DNA of 64,000 nucleotides from Ramazzottius varieornatus (GCA_001949185.1 BDGG01000004.1:3939777-4003776), one strand, 5' to 3'. Shown: positions 50,829 through 64,000, counted from the stretch's first letter. A program made the numbers and translations. The notes: generated by a model not told the origin, from the sequence alone.

Positions 50829-52168
50829 TCAAGACTGAATGTTGTTGCACACTCCCGGATACTGACACTGATTCTCAATCTGTTCTTTCACTTCTATAGA
50901 TTGTGGCTTGAGAGTTGAGTTCATGTAATCAATACAAGCCCGACCGAGCCAGGGATGTCGTCCTTCAGTTACTTCCTTCATTTCTTGGGCGTGAGTATAT
51001 CCATAACGGTAGTTTGTTCCTTCTTTATAGCCGGTATAGCCCGGAACACCATGCAAAACTCGTTCTAGACTATCCTGGAGTCTGGGTTTCTCCGGGTAGG
51101 TCCTTGCCGGCGAACAGCGGAACCTGTCCACTTCAGCCATCCTATCGTCCATCTCCCGAAGACAGACAGCGGAAAGGTCTTGCCTGGTGTAGCCGACATG
51201 CTCCGTAGTATACGGCAGCCAACCTGTGTATCCCCATGTGAAGCGTTTCATGGGGTTTCCAGGCGGAAGTCGATACGGTTTAGTCATGGCTTTGTCGACT
51301 TCGGAGATGTAGTAATCGGTGACATCTTCTTTCTGCTTCACATTATTCAAGTACCAGCCGTAGTCTTTCTCCAGGGTAGGATTCGGTATGGGCTGTACCT
51401 GAGGCAGATCGAGATCCGCGGGGAACTCGGGGTCGCAGGCTTTTCGACTACCTGTTGCGTCGCACGACGTCTGATCTCTATTCAGCATCTCGAGTGTTCC
51501 TGTGAGTAAACGAGTAACATTGCAAGACAGGCTGGCATACATACCAATATAACACCATGATCACTTTTTCAACTAATATTTCGCGTTCTGTAAGAAGTTC
51601 ACCTTCTCGTGTGCGAATAGGATTCCTTTTGCCATAGCGGTAGTACTGATAAGGGAAGTAACCTATGACAAACACATTATGACAAATGGTTCCCTCAGTA
51701 CAGACATCGGTACAAGTTACGCAAATTGAAGTCCCTGCGAGATTTACAGAGATTCCAGATTTTCTGACCTGTATATTTCGGATCTATGTGGGTGGTAAAC
51801 TTGGGAGCGCCGCCTTGCATGTGATGGTGGTGCGCCAAGGCGTCTTCTTCCCGTTGCATCGCATCTTCGGCTCTTCGCCTATCCTCTTCGGTGTAGTGCT
51901 GGCTTGGCATCAGTGTCTGATTGCGGTGTATGTCGCTCGGTTCCCATCTTCTTTCTAGTACTCTATTCGAATGCTCTCCCGTTGAAGTCCCAAACACCAG
52001 GTGATATGCGGGTAGGTATCCTGTGTACCTACGCACAACTTTAGCGAACTTACAGAGGAAGTTTGCAAGGATGGCTGTAATAGCAGTAGAGTGAATCTAT
52101 CATAGATACCCTGGCACGTAGGACAATTCCCGCGTTAACTGGTTGAGTTCTACCTTTCGAGGAGGCAT
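50829..52168 (-). CDS. FAM166/CIMIP2-like ciliary microtubule inner protein
   Basis: Repeated (P)GYTGY/W.P...YG motifs: YVPG|YTGYLP..HLVFG, YTGYFPYQYYRYG, GYTGWLP and VPGYTGYKEGTNYRYGYT. Confidence 0.7.
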
Positions 52169-52819
52169 AGTCCAGACTGCGGATTAAGTATATTTCAGGC
52201 GCGCATTCCGGTTTCAAAAGCTTTAGCTTAGTTAAGCCAACCTCTTCCTAACGAAAATGCTATTTCTCTGACAAAGGTCTCGAGAATGTATACCACGTAG
52301 GGGGCTGCACTCGCTCGCCATTTGTTTAACTCTAGATTGACAATTTGACCTCCCGTCGCCAGGAGCTTAGAGCTACGTTGCGAATAAAAGTGCGTCACTA
52401 TGGTCTTGACAAGGAAGTTTTGATTACACTACTCCAGAAACATCTCGTTCTTCACATGATTGCTTAAAAGGGTTCGCTCGAATGGCAGACAAACCATGTT
52501 TTCAAAATAAGGACAGCTCCTTTTGTCAAATAAGGAAATTCGAACGAGAGCCCAAACATCCCAATGAATCCTCGATCCTCGATCCTCGAGAGGTTCGAGA
52601 ATTGAGACGCCGATGAATCGCTGCACTAGCCAGCCGGTCATGTCATGTCGTCAACCATACAGTTAGTATGTCAGGTAATCGAAACCAAAACATGAAGAGA
52701 ATCCGATAATCGGATGTCATGCTCCATTTCCGCCGCATGTACTTCTCAAACCTCGACTCGAGATCGAGGCTTAAGACCTTCACATACTGATTGTTCCTTG
52801 GGTTTGTCTCCATAGAAGA

Positions 52820-54005
52820 ATGAAGCGTACTGGCAAGAGCAGGCAGCGGATTTACGACCAGCAGCCAGCTTCGGTGTACCGACTTCCCATCTTCAAGCGC
52901 GGAAGGAAGAACGACGTTCTTCCCCAGGACGGCGAGAAGCAAGCCCCGTACCCTACTCCAGATGAAGGACTCCAGTTGCAAGGACTGCTTATCGATACTA
53001 ACGTCTATTTGTACGACCGGGCTTCATACGACTTTCTCAGATTTCTGCGGGTAATTTATGCGATCTCGCCCCGCAAATATGCTGCAATAATGTCTTTTGA
53101 TCAGCATTGAATTATTGCATCTATCTTGCTCTTTGTTGTCCCAGATCCCGTTGTCCAGTGAGCGTTTCTGTCTGTAGGGCTACTTTGGGGAATACTACCG
53201 CGGCGGCTTTGACAATCCAGAACAAGGCTCGCCGCAAAGGGAATGCGACGATTTGGAGCAGTTTCCGCCGTCGCCCCATCGACTTCCGGTGGCTAGCTTG
53301 AACCTCTTCGAAGCTTATTTCTTGAATTTCATCTGCAATTCGCTGGAGATATGGGACGGAGTTTCGAGTATTCGGATCTCACGACAGAATCTGATGCATA
53401 CCTTCACTGAACGAGACAGCCATTTCCCTTATATGTTCGCCGTTTACGCCCATCTGAAACGGAAGCGGTATACCATCAAGTCTGGGCTGAAGTTCGGAAC
53501 AGATTTTGGTGAGCGCAGTCAGTTAGTTAGTTTCCCGGTTTTTTCCCTTTCGAGTGATTGAGTGGCGTGTTTTGATATATGTTTTTCATTTTACGCAGTC
53601 TTATACGAGTACGGACCTGCAGTGACGCACTCCCTTTACGCCGTACACGTCCTCATCCCGGGGATTCGGGATTCCGGTCTCGCCGCTATCGATGCAATGC
53701 AACGAGCCAGTAATTCGGTAAAGAAGGATTTGCTTTTGGTGCGAGTCAACAGCGAAGGAGTGTCCGATGATGAGCTGATGAAACCCGACTGTTTCGCGAA
53801 GATGTCTGTGATGGTAAGTTTGACCGGGCTTGAAACAACAAAGCTTCCGCGTCACCCTTCTACGGTTCTACCTTGCCAGATAGTTCTCCTATTTCTGACG
53901 CGAATATGATGATTATGGTTTGTAGATCTTATTACCAATAAAAATTGTCTTTTGCAGGAAATTATTGTGCGTCGGCGGGAAAGACTTACGAGTCAAGCTA
54001 CGTGA
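52820..54005 (+). CDS. TSEN2: tRNA-splicing endonuclease catalytic subunit Sen2
   Basis: GYFG, LNLFEAYFL, FAVYAHLKRKRYTIKSGLKFGTDF|VLYEYGPAVTHSLYAV and RASNSVKKDLLL, containing the catalytic Tyr/His/Lys. The pattern fits TSEN2 better than TSEN34. Confidence 0.85.
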
Positions 54006-54619
54006 ATGGTGAAAGTGACATCACCGTTCTAGAGTCCGAACGTTGGTACGATTATGAGGTAATGCAATCGTGCAAACAGAATCTTACGATTGAAGTTCCG
54101 CCGGTGATGTTTTCGGCTGGCTTTCTATGAAGGATAGGCATGGCGCAGTTCAGATTTCTGCGGTTTCTCAAATTCGGGTGTTGAGAGGCTTGCGCAGAGG
54201 CTCTTGCGATACTTTATTGGGTTTTCGGGCTTGTTCTCATGTTCGGAAACTCAGTTGTTTACAAAGAGGAATTTTAGTTCTGAAGTTGTTCCTAAGTTAT
54301 TTTGGAATGTTTGGCAATTCAAAGCAGAGAACGAATCTCGAAAACACTCACAGCACCGAAGAGCTCCTGCTTCTGAGTTGCCCCGATCCGGGATTGTGGC
54401 TTCACTTGGTCTCACCGACTCGTATCGCCTCAATTTCTTGCCGACTTTTGGCACTGACCATTGGCAAGACAAAAGGCCGCCGGGGTTTTCCACGATAATT
54501 GAAGACATTTGTAAACCGTGATAAGATCACAAATACGTTACATCCCGCTTTTTCATAGGTCAGATGGAGAAGTCTCCACCCCGAATTCAGGCACCTTTGT
54601 TACAGTTCTGCATCTCAAC

Positions 54620-54627
54620 TATAAAAG
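54620..54627 (+). promoter_or_regulatory. Candidate TATA box of the secreted-precursor gene
   Basis: TATAAAAG ~88 nt upstream of the ATG at 54708. Confidence 0.5.
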
Positions 54628-54707
54628 CTCAACGCCAATCCACCGTTTTCCTCCACAGCATTTAGTCAGACATTTTCACGGTGCTCATTCTGGTGATAAC
54701 CTTCATC

Positions 54708-55901
54708 ATGGCTAGACCCCTGTTCCTTTCTCTCGCCGTATTGTTCCTCGCTGCCTTCACCTTCGCCGAAGTCAAGAACCAGGGTCCCAAGAACCAGGGT
54801 CCCAAGAACCCGGGTCCCAAGAACCCGACCCTTCTTCGAGGTATGTAGCTTCATTGTTGTCTTACTTCCGGTTAGGCTAGAAATCTCTTCTCGATTTCCC
54901 TCCTGCTTCATCCTGGCTTCATCGTGGGTTCCCGTATCTGGCTCCTATGTTGTTTCATTGCAGCGTACGATGTGGATTCAAAAGAGGAACCGACTAAGCG
55001 TCCATCCAAAAGTAGGTGGCTTGTCTTTCGATTGCTTTGGACCGTTGGTCTTTACTTCCGTGTTGGTTTCCTTCATTGTGGTCCCGAACGAGATGTCTAA
55101 CTTCCGTGTTCTTGTTCACAGGTTACGATGTGGAGGATCCTTCGGACTTGGACGAGCAAGCCATGAGCGCGGACCTGGGACTAGAAGATGAGAGGGACGA
55201 CGAGAAGCAGCCAACGGCCTACGACCTGGAAACCGTGTCGGATGAGCAAGACCAGAAGTTCCGGGACATCAAGAAGACTCTGGATAAGCTGGAGAAGAAG
55301 AACCCCTCCTCGTCGTGGACCGATCCTCACGTCAAGAAGACTGAAGCCACCGACAGTGTTCAGGACGAGTTCGAAGATGCCACCGACGACAGCAGCATGA
55401 CGCCTTCTGAGCGAGCCTTCATCCGCCGCATCGTCCGCCGTCGTGTTTTCTTCCCTTTCAGGTTCTTCGATTCCAACATCGAGGATCAGGAAGGTGACAG
55501 CATGACGGAAGACAACAGCAACCGGATGACTGAATCGATGGAAGGAAACATGCCGATGGATCCCTCCATGATGAACAACATGAACGAGCAGTCGATGATG
55601 GGGCAACAAGATGGCGTTCTCCTTCGCATCCCCAAGCGTATTCTGGAGAAGCTGATTCGGAAGTATGGATCCTCTGGAGCTCGCAAGATGCGTCGCTGGT
55701 CCGAATCTGGACGCCGCACTTCGGGACTTCGTCTGGTTCGACTGGGTGGGTTCATTTTCCTTCACTGCTCTTCTTTGAACTTACTTCCGTGTTTGTTGAC
55801 TGACGCTGTTTTCTTTTCTTATAGTGCCAATTGTTCTCCCCATGTCGTCGAATGATGCTAGGGATGCTTACAGTGGAATCTATGATTCTGAGACATATTG
55901 A
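54708..55901 (+). CDS. Orphan secreted precursor protein (4 exons): signal peptide, KNQGP repeats, acidic spacers and cationic segments
   Basis: Signal peptide MARPLFLSLAVLFLAAFTFA. Three phase-1 GT-AG introns join the exons in frame to a stop at 55899-55901. Confidence 0.8.
54774..54827 (+). repeat. 15-bp coding tandem repeat (KNQGP/KNPGP x~3.6)
   Basis: caagaaccagggtcc x2, caagaacccgggtcc, caagaaccc. Confidence 0.9.
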
Positions 55902-56583
55902 AGTTATTGAGCTGTCTAGTCTTTGTTCGTCTGGCAATCAAATGCTGTGATAATTTTATTGATCTTGTACGTTTGACTTTCTGTACCGATGGTTTTTATG
56001 GTGGGACTTTTGTTCTAGTCTTGAGAGTTTTGATGGTATAAAGTGCCTCGTTTGGAAGCTGCTTTTCGTGCGGTTCATGGAAATAAGCAGGTTAAGACGT
56101 TAGGTTCTAAATCTGACTTAACAGAGCTTCGAGCTTCTTCCAGTGAGTCAGTACAGAGTCACTGGAGGCCATCACAAAAACAATCAGTTTTCTGGTTCCG
56201 GTGACGAGGACTGTAGAAGATCCGTGAAAGTCTCAAATGCGGAAGAAGAGGAAGCTGAGTAAGTAAGAAGGGAGATGTAGATCTTGCCCAATACTGTATT
56301 AAAAGGGCTTGGTACTTGGTAATCTCGGGCCGTTTTCTGACTGCATTTCAAGAGGGGTGCAGCCCCATAGCGATTGCGACACCGCCGCACTTGATGGGAT
56401 CATCCGCTGATTGTTGATTGGGATTTGGGGTAGTCGAATTTGACTTGACACAGTTGACACACCGAAGTTCAAATTTTCATTCCGTGAAAACTCTTTCGCA
56501 GGTTCTCATGGGACAGCTCGTTGGATGATCCCGTTGATCTATTAGCTCGTGAAAACTGGGACATCCGATACAACTGTCTCAAC

Positions 56584-59500
56584 ATGGGAAGACATCTGGA
56601 TACGCAGAAGCCGAAGAAAGGACCTGGTCGCAAGTCTCGGAAGCAGAAAGATCCAGCGATACCGTATCGGATCAAAGGTACGAAAGTAACGAAACGCCTG
56701 TACCGTGTACGCCGACACATGATTGATGAGCGACAAGCTCCAAATTCCAAACACCGTTCCCGTTCGAATTGATTGTTTCTGCTTGTAGAGCTTGAAGCGC
56801 AAGATAAAACGTCGCTGGATCCTGCGAGAACGTTCGGACGACGGGCCAAGAAACGGTATGACGCAGTTGGTTTTACGATAAACCTGCTCTTGTGCTCATA
56901 CTGAAATTGCGGTTTCTTATCTTCTTCCTAAGTGTAATGTGGTACGAAACCTTGATCTGATATACCGCGGTAAATTTACAGAGCTGCTAAAAGACAAGCC
57001 AAGGCAGAAGCTATCTTGGCAGGGAAGTCCGAACGCAAAAACAAGAAGAACGCTGACCGGAAGTCAGAGCAAATTAACGGTAGGATTTTGATGCGATTCA
57101 TCTGGGCAGATTAATCTCAACCTTGACACGAATGTAACCGGCCCTTGTTACAGGTGATTCTGCGAGCGCCGCCTCGGAGAAGAAGAGACCTCGAGCAGAA
57201 GATTTCTTCGACGAAACCACGGTAGGCGGAAGCTACATAGTCGCTAGCGTCTTTCACGGACTCATGGTTGGAAAATGTAAGTCCACAATTAAATGAATGC
57301 TTCTGCATTTTTCAGGAAAGTGGAAACGCAGAAGATGAAGACGATGCTGATGCACAGAGTAGTGTGAGCGAATCTGATATGCCAGTAGCAGCATTACGTA
57401 AGGACAACGACGGACAGTACGTGCAAGATGGCATGACACTGGATGAAGCTGACGAGGAGGACGATGTTGACATGCCTGATGATGAGTTCGTCGGCACTGA
57501 TGCGGAACCTTCGAATAACACAAAGGCCTACGCCGACGGTGTGCCGGATGATTCCGAGGAGAATGCAGAAAAGTTTACTTTTCCCGAAGGCGAGGTAGGA
57601 CCTTTCTCTTTAAATCTGTCCACAACTAGACAGAAAGCGCCTCTTTGCATTCTCTACCCTAACTTTTCTCTTCAGGCTGACGGGGATGCACATCGCCCCG
57701 CAGAGTTGGCTGCAGTGGACCATCGTATCCAGGAAATCCTTCTAGTGCTAGCCGATTTTGCAAACAAGCGGGAACCCGGCAGGTAGATAAGCTTTTCGTT
57801 TATTTCGTGTGACTTCCTTTCCTTGAAAGTATCGTATCTCTCCGGAATCTCTGTATTAGTTATCTACTGACGCTTTGCGCCTTGCAGAAAACGAAAGGAG
57901 TATCTTTCACTGTTACTCAAAGATCTTTGTGTGTACTATGGATACAACGATTTCTTGATGGAGAAATTCATACAACTCTTTCCACTGCCAGAGGTAGACC
58001 ACTTTGAACATGCCTCTGACCTTCCCTAAGTAGAATAACGTCACCGGAGTACACTTTAATTGTTGAATTCAGATTCGTGAGTTCTTGGAAGCTAACGAGG
58101 TCCACCGGCCGATGACAATCCGAACAAACCTGCTCAAGACAAGACGTCGAGATCTCGCGCAGGTACGAACTCATGGATCTGACAAATGTATAACGTGCAA
58201 TGTCATAATGTAAGCTGTGTTTACTGTACTGTGATGGATTATCGTAACTATCTCGGAAATTGCAGGCACTGATTAACCGCGGAGTAAACCTGGATCCTCT
58301 TGGAGAATGGACCAAAGTGGGCTTAGTGGTCTATGACTCACAAGTACCTCTAGGTAAGCTAGCTACCCACGTAGTTTTATCCATATCGAAGAGGTCTTCA
58401 ATCGAAGAAAAGTTCCCGCCTACTTCTTAAAGCTCGCAGCTGGTTGTTCATAATTCCTCTGTGTACCAGTAATACTTTCGATTTGCAGGAGCCACGCCAG
58501 AATATTTGGCGGGCCACTACATTCTGCAAGGAGCTTCCAGTTTGCTGCCAGTCATGGCTCTGGCACCTCAAGAAAACGAAAAGATCCTAGACATGTGTGC
58601 CGCTCCTGGTGGTAAAACAACCCACATTGCTGCCTTGATGCGTAACACCGGCATCATCTACGCAAACGAACCCAACAACAATCGGACGAAAGCTGTCGTC
58701 GGCAACTGCCACAGAATGGGAGTGACCAATACGATCGTTTGTGCTTTAGACGGTCGGAAACTTCGCAAGGTAAACTCCTCTCTTTTGGCGATGCTGTTTT
58801 CCAGTACTTGAACAGTAGGGGTCTTCATTGTGAGTTTTCGTTTTCAGAATAATCAACTGTTCGACCGCGTACTGTTGGACGCTCCCTGCAGTGGTACCGG
58901 TGTAATTTCAAAAGACCCGTCTGTCAAGACAAGCAAGGTAAATCGGTCTCGCTGGACCAAACGCTATTCGTTACTTCATATACCAGAGAGAAGCTCCATT
59001 AAATTTGTGTATAATATGAATGTTCTTCACGCAAATCAATGTTTTTTTCAGGATGAGAAAGACATTTTGAAGCGCTCTCATCTTCAGAAAGAACTGATTT
59101 TGGCCGCAATCGATTCAGTCGATGCGAAGTCAAAAGCCGGTGGAGTTCTGGTGTACTCGACCTGTTCAGTGCTTGTGGAAGAGAATGAGTGGGTCGTGGA
59201 TTACGCTTTGAAGAAACGAGACGTGGTGGTCATCGACAGCGGTCTTTCTTTCGGAAACGAAGGCTTTAACAGGTGATTGGGAAACCCGGAAGTCAACTTT
59301 TCAGTAACTGTAGTAGCTGAAGTATAAACGAAATTGTGTGTTTAGGTTCCGCGAGCACCGCTTCAGCCCTTCGCTAAAATTGGCTCGACGATTTTACCCC
59401 CATGAGCACAACCTAGATGGCTTCTTCGTATGTAAACTGAAGAAGAGATCAAACAAAATATTGCAGCCAGGTGAGCGCGGCTTCATTGGAAACGTTGTGT

Positions 59501-59843
59501 CGACACTGTATTACTGTAGACGACTCTACCGAAATGGTTGTTGTTTTGGGCAGATAACGATGATGAGGGTGAGGCTGAATCCACCACATCGGAATCGGGT
59601 CCAACTGACCCAAACACCTCTGGGGACGTCAAAATGATGGATGGAGACTTCGAGTTTGAGATAAATACGGAAGAGGACGATACGGACGATGATGACGACA
59701 TCACCTACATGCTTGCTGACGTTCAGCCCGCGGCGGAAGATGAGTCTGAAGCCCAGACAACCTCTGTGGGAGAGAATGAAATCACTGCACTGGAAGTCGC
59801 ACCTGCTTCCACCGGCAAGAGCAGGAAGAAGTCCAAGACGTAG
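56584..59843 (+). CDS. NOP2: 28S rRNA m5C methyltransferase NOP2/NSUN1
   Basis: [71 protein letters not shown] and [14 protein letters not shown]. Confidence 0.96.
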
Positions 59844-60117
59844 TGCTCGAGATAAGGAAGATTTGAAAATGTTCTTGTACCATTTCACTTAGAATTTCGA
59901 TAGTAGAGCATTGCAGGATGAATCTGCAAAGATGACCCGTTGCAGCAGATAGTAATTTGCTTCAGGTCGAACAGGAAGTGTGAGAATTCCTTTGAAGCTG
60001 AAGTGCAACAAAAAATGCAACGGAAGATAAAACTAATTGCTGTAATGAATCGGGGTAACAGCAGTGTAGAAACAAGAGTAAAGTACAATACATTTCTAGC
60101 TGACGCGAAACAGTTGG

Positions 60118-61717
60118 TTATTCAACAGCCTCCGTCGTCTCTTCCTTTACCTTCTTCTTTTTCTTGCTCTTCTTGGGTTCTTCTCCTTCGGTATTCTCGT
60201 TTGACGGCTCTGCGACGCTCTCCGCAAGTGCCTCTCCCAGCTTGTTGTAATCTTGGACATCCATCTTCTCTTCTTTGACGCCAGCTTTCGTGTCGATAGG
60301 GTTGTAGGCGTAGTCGACGTACATCTTCTGCCAGTCGCCAGGCGTTTTCTCGTTGGGCTTCCCAGACTTGTCCAGAATGCCGCTCTTGATCATTAACTTC
60401 TTCTTGGCCGCCACTGGACCCAATCCCCACTTTCTCGGGTACGTGTCACGGTCCATGATGACGCGCTTGATCTTGGCAATGACGCCGTGATCGCAGGTTG
60501 CCATTGTTGCGGTGGTCATCAGCGCGATGGCCAAAGCGACTGCTTCGCCTTTGGTTGTGACGATGACGATTTCTTGGTTCATTTCGATACCGTCGTCGAA
60601 ACGAAGGACTCCGGGAAGAAGAATCTTGGCACCATAACTGTGAAAGGATCATCGTATTAATTAAATCCAGACAAGAGGCGAAGACTTTGATTGATGGGAA
60701 CTCGAACTACTGTACCAAATCATTAGGGAGTAACCTAGAAAACTAACCAGACTGCGTTGACGGCACTGTCTTTCATAATGACGCGCTTGTGGCCTTTCAG
60801 CAAAGCTTCCAATGGCTGGATTACCCTTCTGAGGTAAGATTCGTCTCGCAGGTTATCGTACATCCATTGAGCATCCATCAAGTCGTGCATTGTGCACATT
60901 CTGGCCTTCTCATTCTGAATACCAGACCGAACTCTGCGAAGTTCCTCCATGTGACCACCTATGCCGAGGTACAAACCCATGTGGACGCACAGCGTACGAA
61001 TGTAGGTCCCAGCTTCACAGCTTACCTAAAGAGACCGAAGAATACTTGCATTAGGACGTCATTGTTCACTTGATTGTTGATTGTTAAGCTTACCCAAAAT
61101 ACGGCGAGACTCTTTTCTTTGTCGATCTCGAAAACTTTGCTCTCATAGATGGTGCGAATTCGAAGCTGACGCTTGACTGCAGCGACGAGAGGAGGTCTCT
61201 GGAACAGTGCTCCTCGGAGATGCTCGACAGCTTGGTAAATCTTCTTCTCGTCGTCAATCGGAGCATGGAATTTAACGATTCCAACGTACTCTTTACCTGC
61301 ACTCTGCTGACTCTTAACAAGTCGCGTTGCACGCTCGATGCAGACAATCAGGCAACCAGTTACTTTGGGATCGAGTGTTCCAGAGTGACCAGTCTTCTCT
61401 ACTCGCAGGATACGTTTTATCCACGCAGCTACTTCGTGACTGGAGGGATTCGCCGGTTTGTCCAAGTTAACGAAGCCACCACGGACGTATTCTTTAATGT
61501 CTCGCTGATGTGGAGAGCATCCGAACGGTAAGGGTGTATAGTGGTTTGTACGGACATTCATCCTGTCGAAGTTGCGGAGTAGAAGAGGCCATTTTGCGGC
61601 GTGATAGGAAGGGGCATCTTCGGAAGGCTTGATGAACACCTGCTCAGCTGGCGCGACGCCGTTCTCGGCATCGAGCTTGTCCTTCTTGGACTTCTTCTTC
61701 TTTTCCGATATCTCCAT
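60118..61717 (-). CDS. DKC1: Dyskerin / Cbf5 H/ACA pseudouridine synthase
   Basis: [52 protein letters not shown] domain, [17 protein letters not shown] and a Lys-rich tail. Confidence 0.98.
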
Positions 61718-62110
61718 GTTTGTCGAATTCTCCGTTTCCGAGCTGTCCTTTAACACCTTTTGAAGAACACCACTAAGGATCGCAGAACAGGAATAGTGGG
61801 GATAACAATGGAATGGAAGGACACCAGAAGTATTTCGCAACAATCTGACACCGGAGGTCACGGGCGGACCCAGGGGTGTCAAATCCTCGCCCGTGGTTCC
61901 TGCTGTGGACGCCAAGGGGCCTGCTGACGTGTGTTTTTGATTTGTTTTCAATAACTCAAAATCCGTTGTTTTCATGAGAATGATGACATTCTGGTCTCTG
62001 CGTGTATTTTGCTTTCTTGGAGGTTGTAGTGCTCCAGGACCAGATATGAATGGAGGAAGAATTACCGCGACCGTTGGTGGACGGATAAAAGTCATGCGGA
62101 GTTAGGAGTC

Positions 62111-63196
62111 ATGGACAATCGCATCTCAAACTACGTGGATCAAAACTTGAAATTAATCCGGGTAAGATGGCAAAACAGTGATGAGTTTGGAAATTGCAAA
62201 TTCCTTCTCCGGTTAATATAGTGTCTTGGTTCACTCAATACGATTCGCTTGATTTAGTGGGCTATATTGGGGATTGGAATTGCAGGAGTGACTCTGATAG
62301 TAAAGAATACGCACATGGTAGGTCTACTAATGAGCTCATCGAGCTCGGAATTTCGCTAAATAATAATAATTATGTCTAAACTCTAGATCCCTCTGCTTGC
62401 TGTATGTGCTTTATGTTTCTGGTTACAGATGTCGACGTTTTCTCGGGCGAGTTCCGTTCCAGAATCTTTCATCGACAAGCAGATTAGTCTTTATGGGAAA
62501 CTAATGAGCGTCGATCAATCTGGTTTTCTAAACGTCGCACATACACCAGCAGTATCTTCTTCCTGGTTCAGCCGTAAGTATTTACACACTAATGACTTTG
62601 AGCGCATAGCACTGCTCTCCCTTCAGATGGCTTTATATCTCGTCAGGACGAAAAGATGAGGATTCGCATCTGAAGATCAAACTGGTGGGCGTTGGCCACA
62701 CGGACAGATCTCTTCAGTGGTTAAGGCAGAACCTTGTTGGCCGACGAGTGTTTTTCAAGATGTTGGCTCGGGAGGACCCAGATATCTTGATGTGCATTGT
62801 GAAAATGCAGAGGGTAGGTTCCTCCACCGTGCACGAGAGTTCGTTTTCTGTAGTATTTTATTCCAAGGAAGGTTCGAGCTAGTGAACAACTTCTAGTCAT
62901 ATTATCCAGTTAGGCGAAATATATGTTGATGTTACGGAGAAGAGTTACGTGTTCCACTTGGAAAAGCAGATTGTACAAAAGTCACAATTGATTTTGTCTT
63001 GCAGTACGGCGTGCTGAACATAAACCTTAATGTCTACCTGGTGAAAAATGGGTATGCCACATTTGTACCGTCGCCGGTCCTCACTGGCAACACGAGTTAC
63101 GACGCGCTTTCGCAGCAGCTCCGAAGGATGGAAATCGAGGCTTCAGGCAAGACGGGGTTCTTTGGTTGGCTGTGGAGGCTCTGGGTGGGGAAGTAG
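62111..63196 (+). CDS. C3orf33-like protein (N-terminal TM helix, SNase-like fold); start uncertain
   Basis: NYVDQNLKLIR, TM segment ILGIGIAGVTLIV, VPESFI..QISLYG, LNVAHTP, IKLVGV, WLRQNL...VFFKMLARE and NLNVYLVKNGYA. Confidence 0.7.
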
Positions 63197-63559
63197 TCCA
63201 AACACCTGCAGCGGAAGTTCGCAGAGGAGCTTTTTATGTCCAGTTTGACGCTATGCGCAGAGCTGTTTTTGTTTTGAGGGGTTTTGGGATACAGTCAACA
63301 TACTCGCGACCTTTTATTCTGAGTTCTGGCAGATGTACCGTGATGCGGTTGACTTAGTTGACGGTTTTCCCGTGTGAACGCTGCCCATGGTCACTGGACG
63401 TCACTCTCATGCTGTTGCTTGCGCTTGTCAGTTGTCACGGTTGTAAAACGAGGATAATGAACACAGAGTGGCTCTATTGTCGGACAGTAGATGTTCCGTA
63501 CCACCTAACCCGTCGATTAGAAAACCGGTTTTCGTGAGAGACTTCCAGACACTTTCGTG

Positions 63560-64000
63560 TGGGTGATTTTAGAATGTTGCTTGACAAAAGGTAAAGAGCG
63601 CGTTCCTGTTATGCAGTGTGTCCAATTTACAATCAATCAAAGGTATCAGCAAGTAGGATTTCGTAAACAGAAAATCAAAAATCAAACGATGGAATTCCAT
63701 AAATTTTCGAACTCGAAGTTTTGCCAGTTCTGCGACTTCATTTTCTGACTTCTCGCATCTGCTATGATTCTTTGTTTCTAATTTTCCATCGAAGGAACGT
63801 TTCTGCGCGTCCGGATCCTCACATCTTCCACGTCCTGATCCTGTATGAGCTTAACTGTCTAGACCTGTAACTCTGCTCGATCACAACATTCCATCCTTTG
63901 AAACTTACCTTGTGTCTGCAGAGGAAGGCTCTGAAGCAGCTGACAGGCACGATGAGCACCATCCTGGCTCATCTGGAAAACACCTACGCCGCAATGCTGG
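63560..64000 (-). other. Possible 3' exons of a gene continuing beyond the window
   Basis: Minus-strand gtaag donor near 63908 and acceptor-like sites, with partial open frames. Nothing recognisable. Confidence 0.25.

Noticed and set aside
56679-61093. snoRNAs in NOP2/DKC1 introns
   Set aside because: The introns are short and I found no complete C/D or H/ACA box sets by eye.
61718-62095. N-terminal extension of DKC1 in the ORF track
   Set aside because: The conserved protein begins at MEISEKKKK (61717). The upstream frame uses a non-ATG start and spans the promoter.

Overview
Gene-dense eukaryotic (animal) genomic DNA with short (~55-110 nt) spliceosomal introns and balanced GC. The compact architecture resembles a small-genome invertebrate such as a tardigrade, but that is an inference, not a demonstrated identity. 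Intron-containing genes I can recognise: ALDH4A1(-), ZNF830(+), WBP4(-), ERCC3/XPB(+), an FKBP+TPR protein (FKBP6/shutdown-like, -), NDUFAF3(-), a BACK-Kelch protein(+), SMG1(-), AAMP(+), a FAM166/CIMIP2-like gene(-), TSEN2(+), NOP2(+), DKC1(-) and a C3orf33-like gene(+). There is also a single-coding-exon NRARP(-), an orphan secreted precursor(+) and two or three unassigned ORFs. Non-coding structure: a 125-bp palindromic element present about 8 times, several TA-flanked Tc1/mariner/pogo-type MITEs, a pogo transposase remnant with a nested hAT MITE (8-bp TSD), and a 29-bp tandem repeat. Best leads: (1) a dense cluster of CSL/Su(H) sites upstream of NRARP, suggesting an intact Notch feedback module; (2) a secreted precursor with acidic spacers around cationic, AMP-like peptides; (3) a hAT MITE carrying three perfect DRE (TATCGATA) motifs just upstream of AAMP; (4) the fixed-length palindrome family with apparent within-copy arm covariation; (5) a remodelled SMG1 lacking the large C-terminal insertion. 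Gene spans are first-to-last coding base, and exon boundaries were read by eye.
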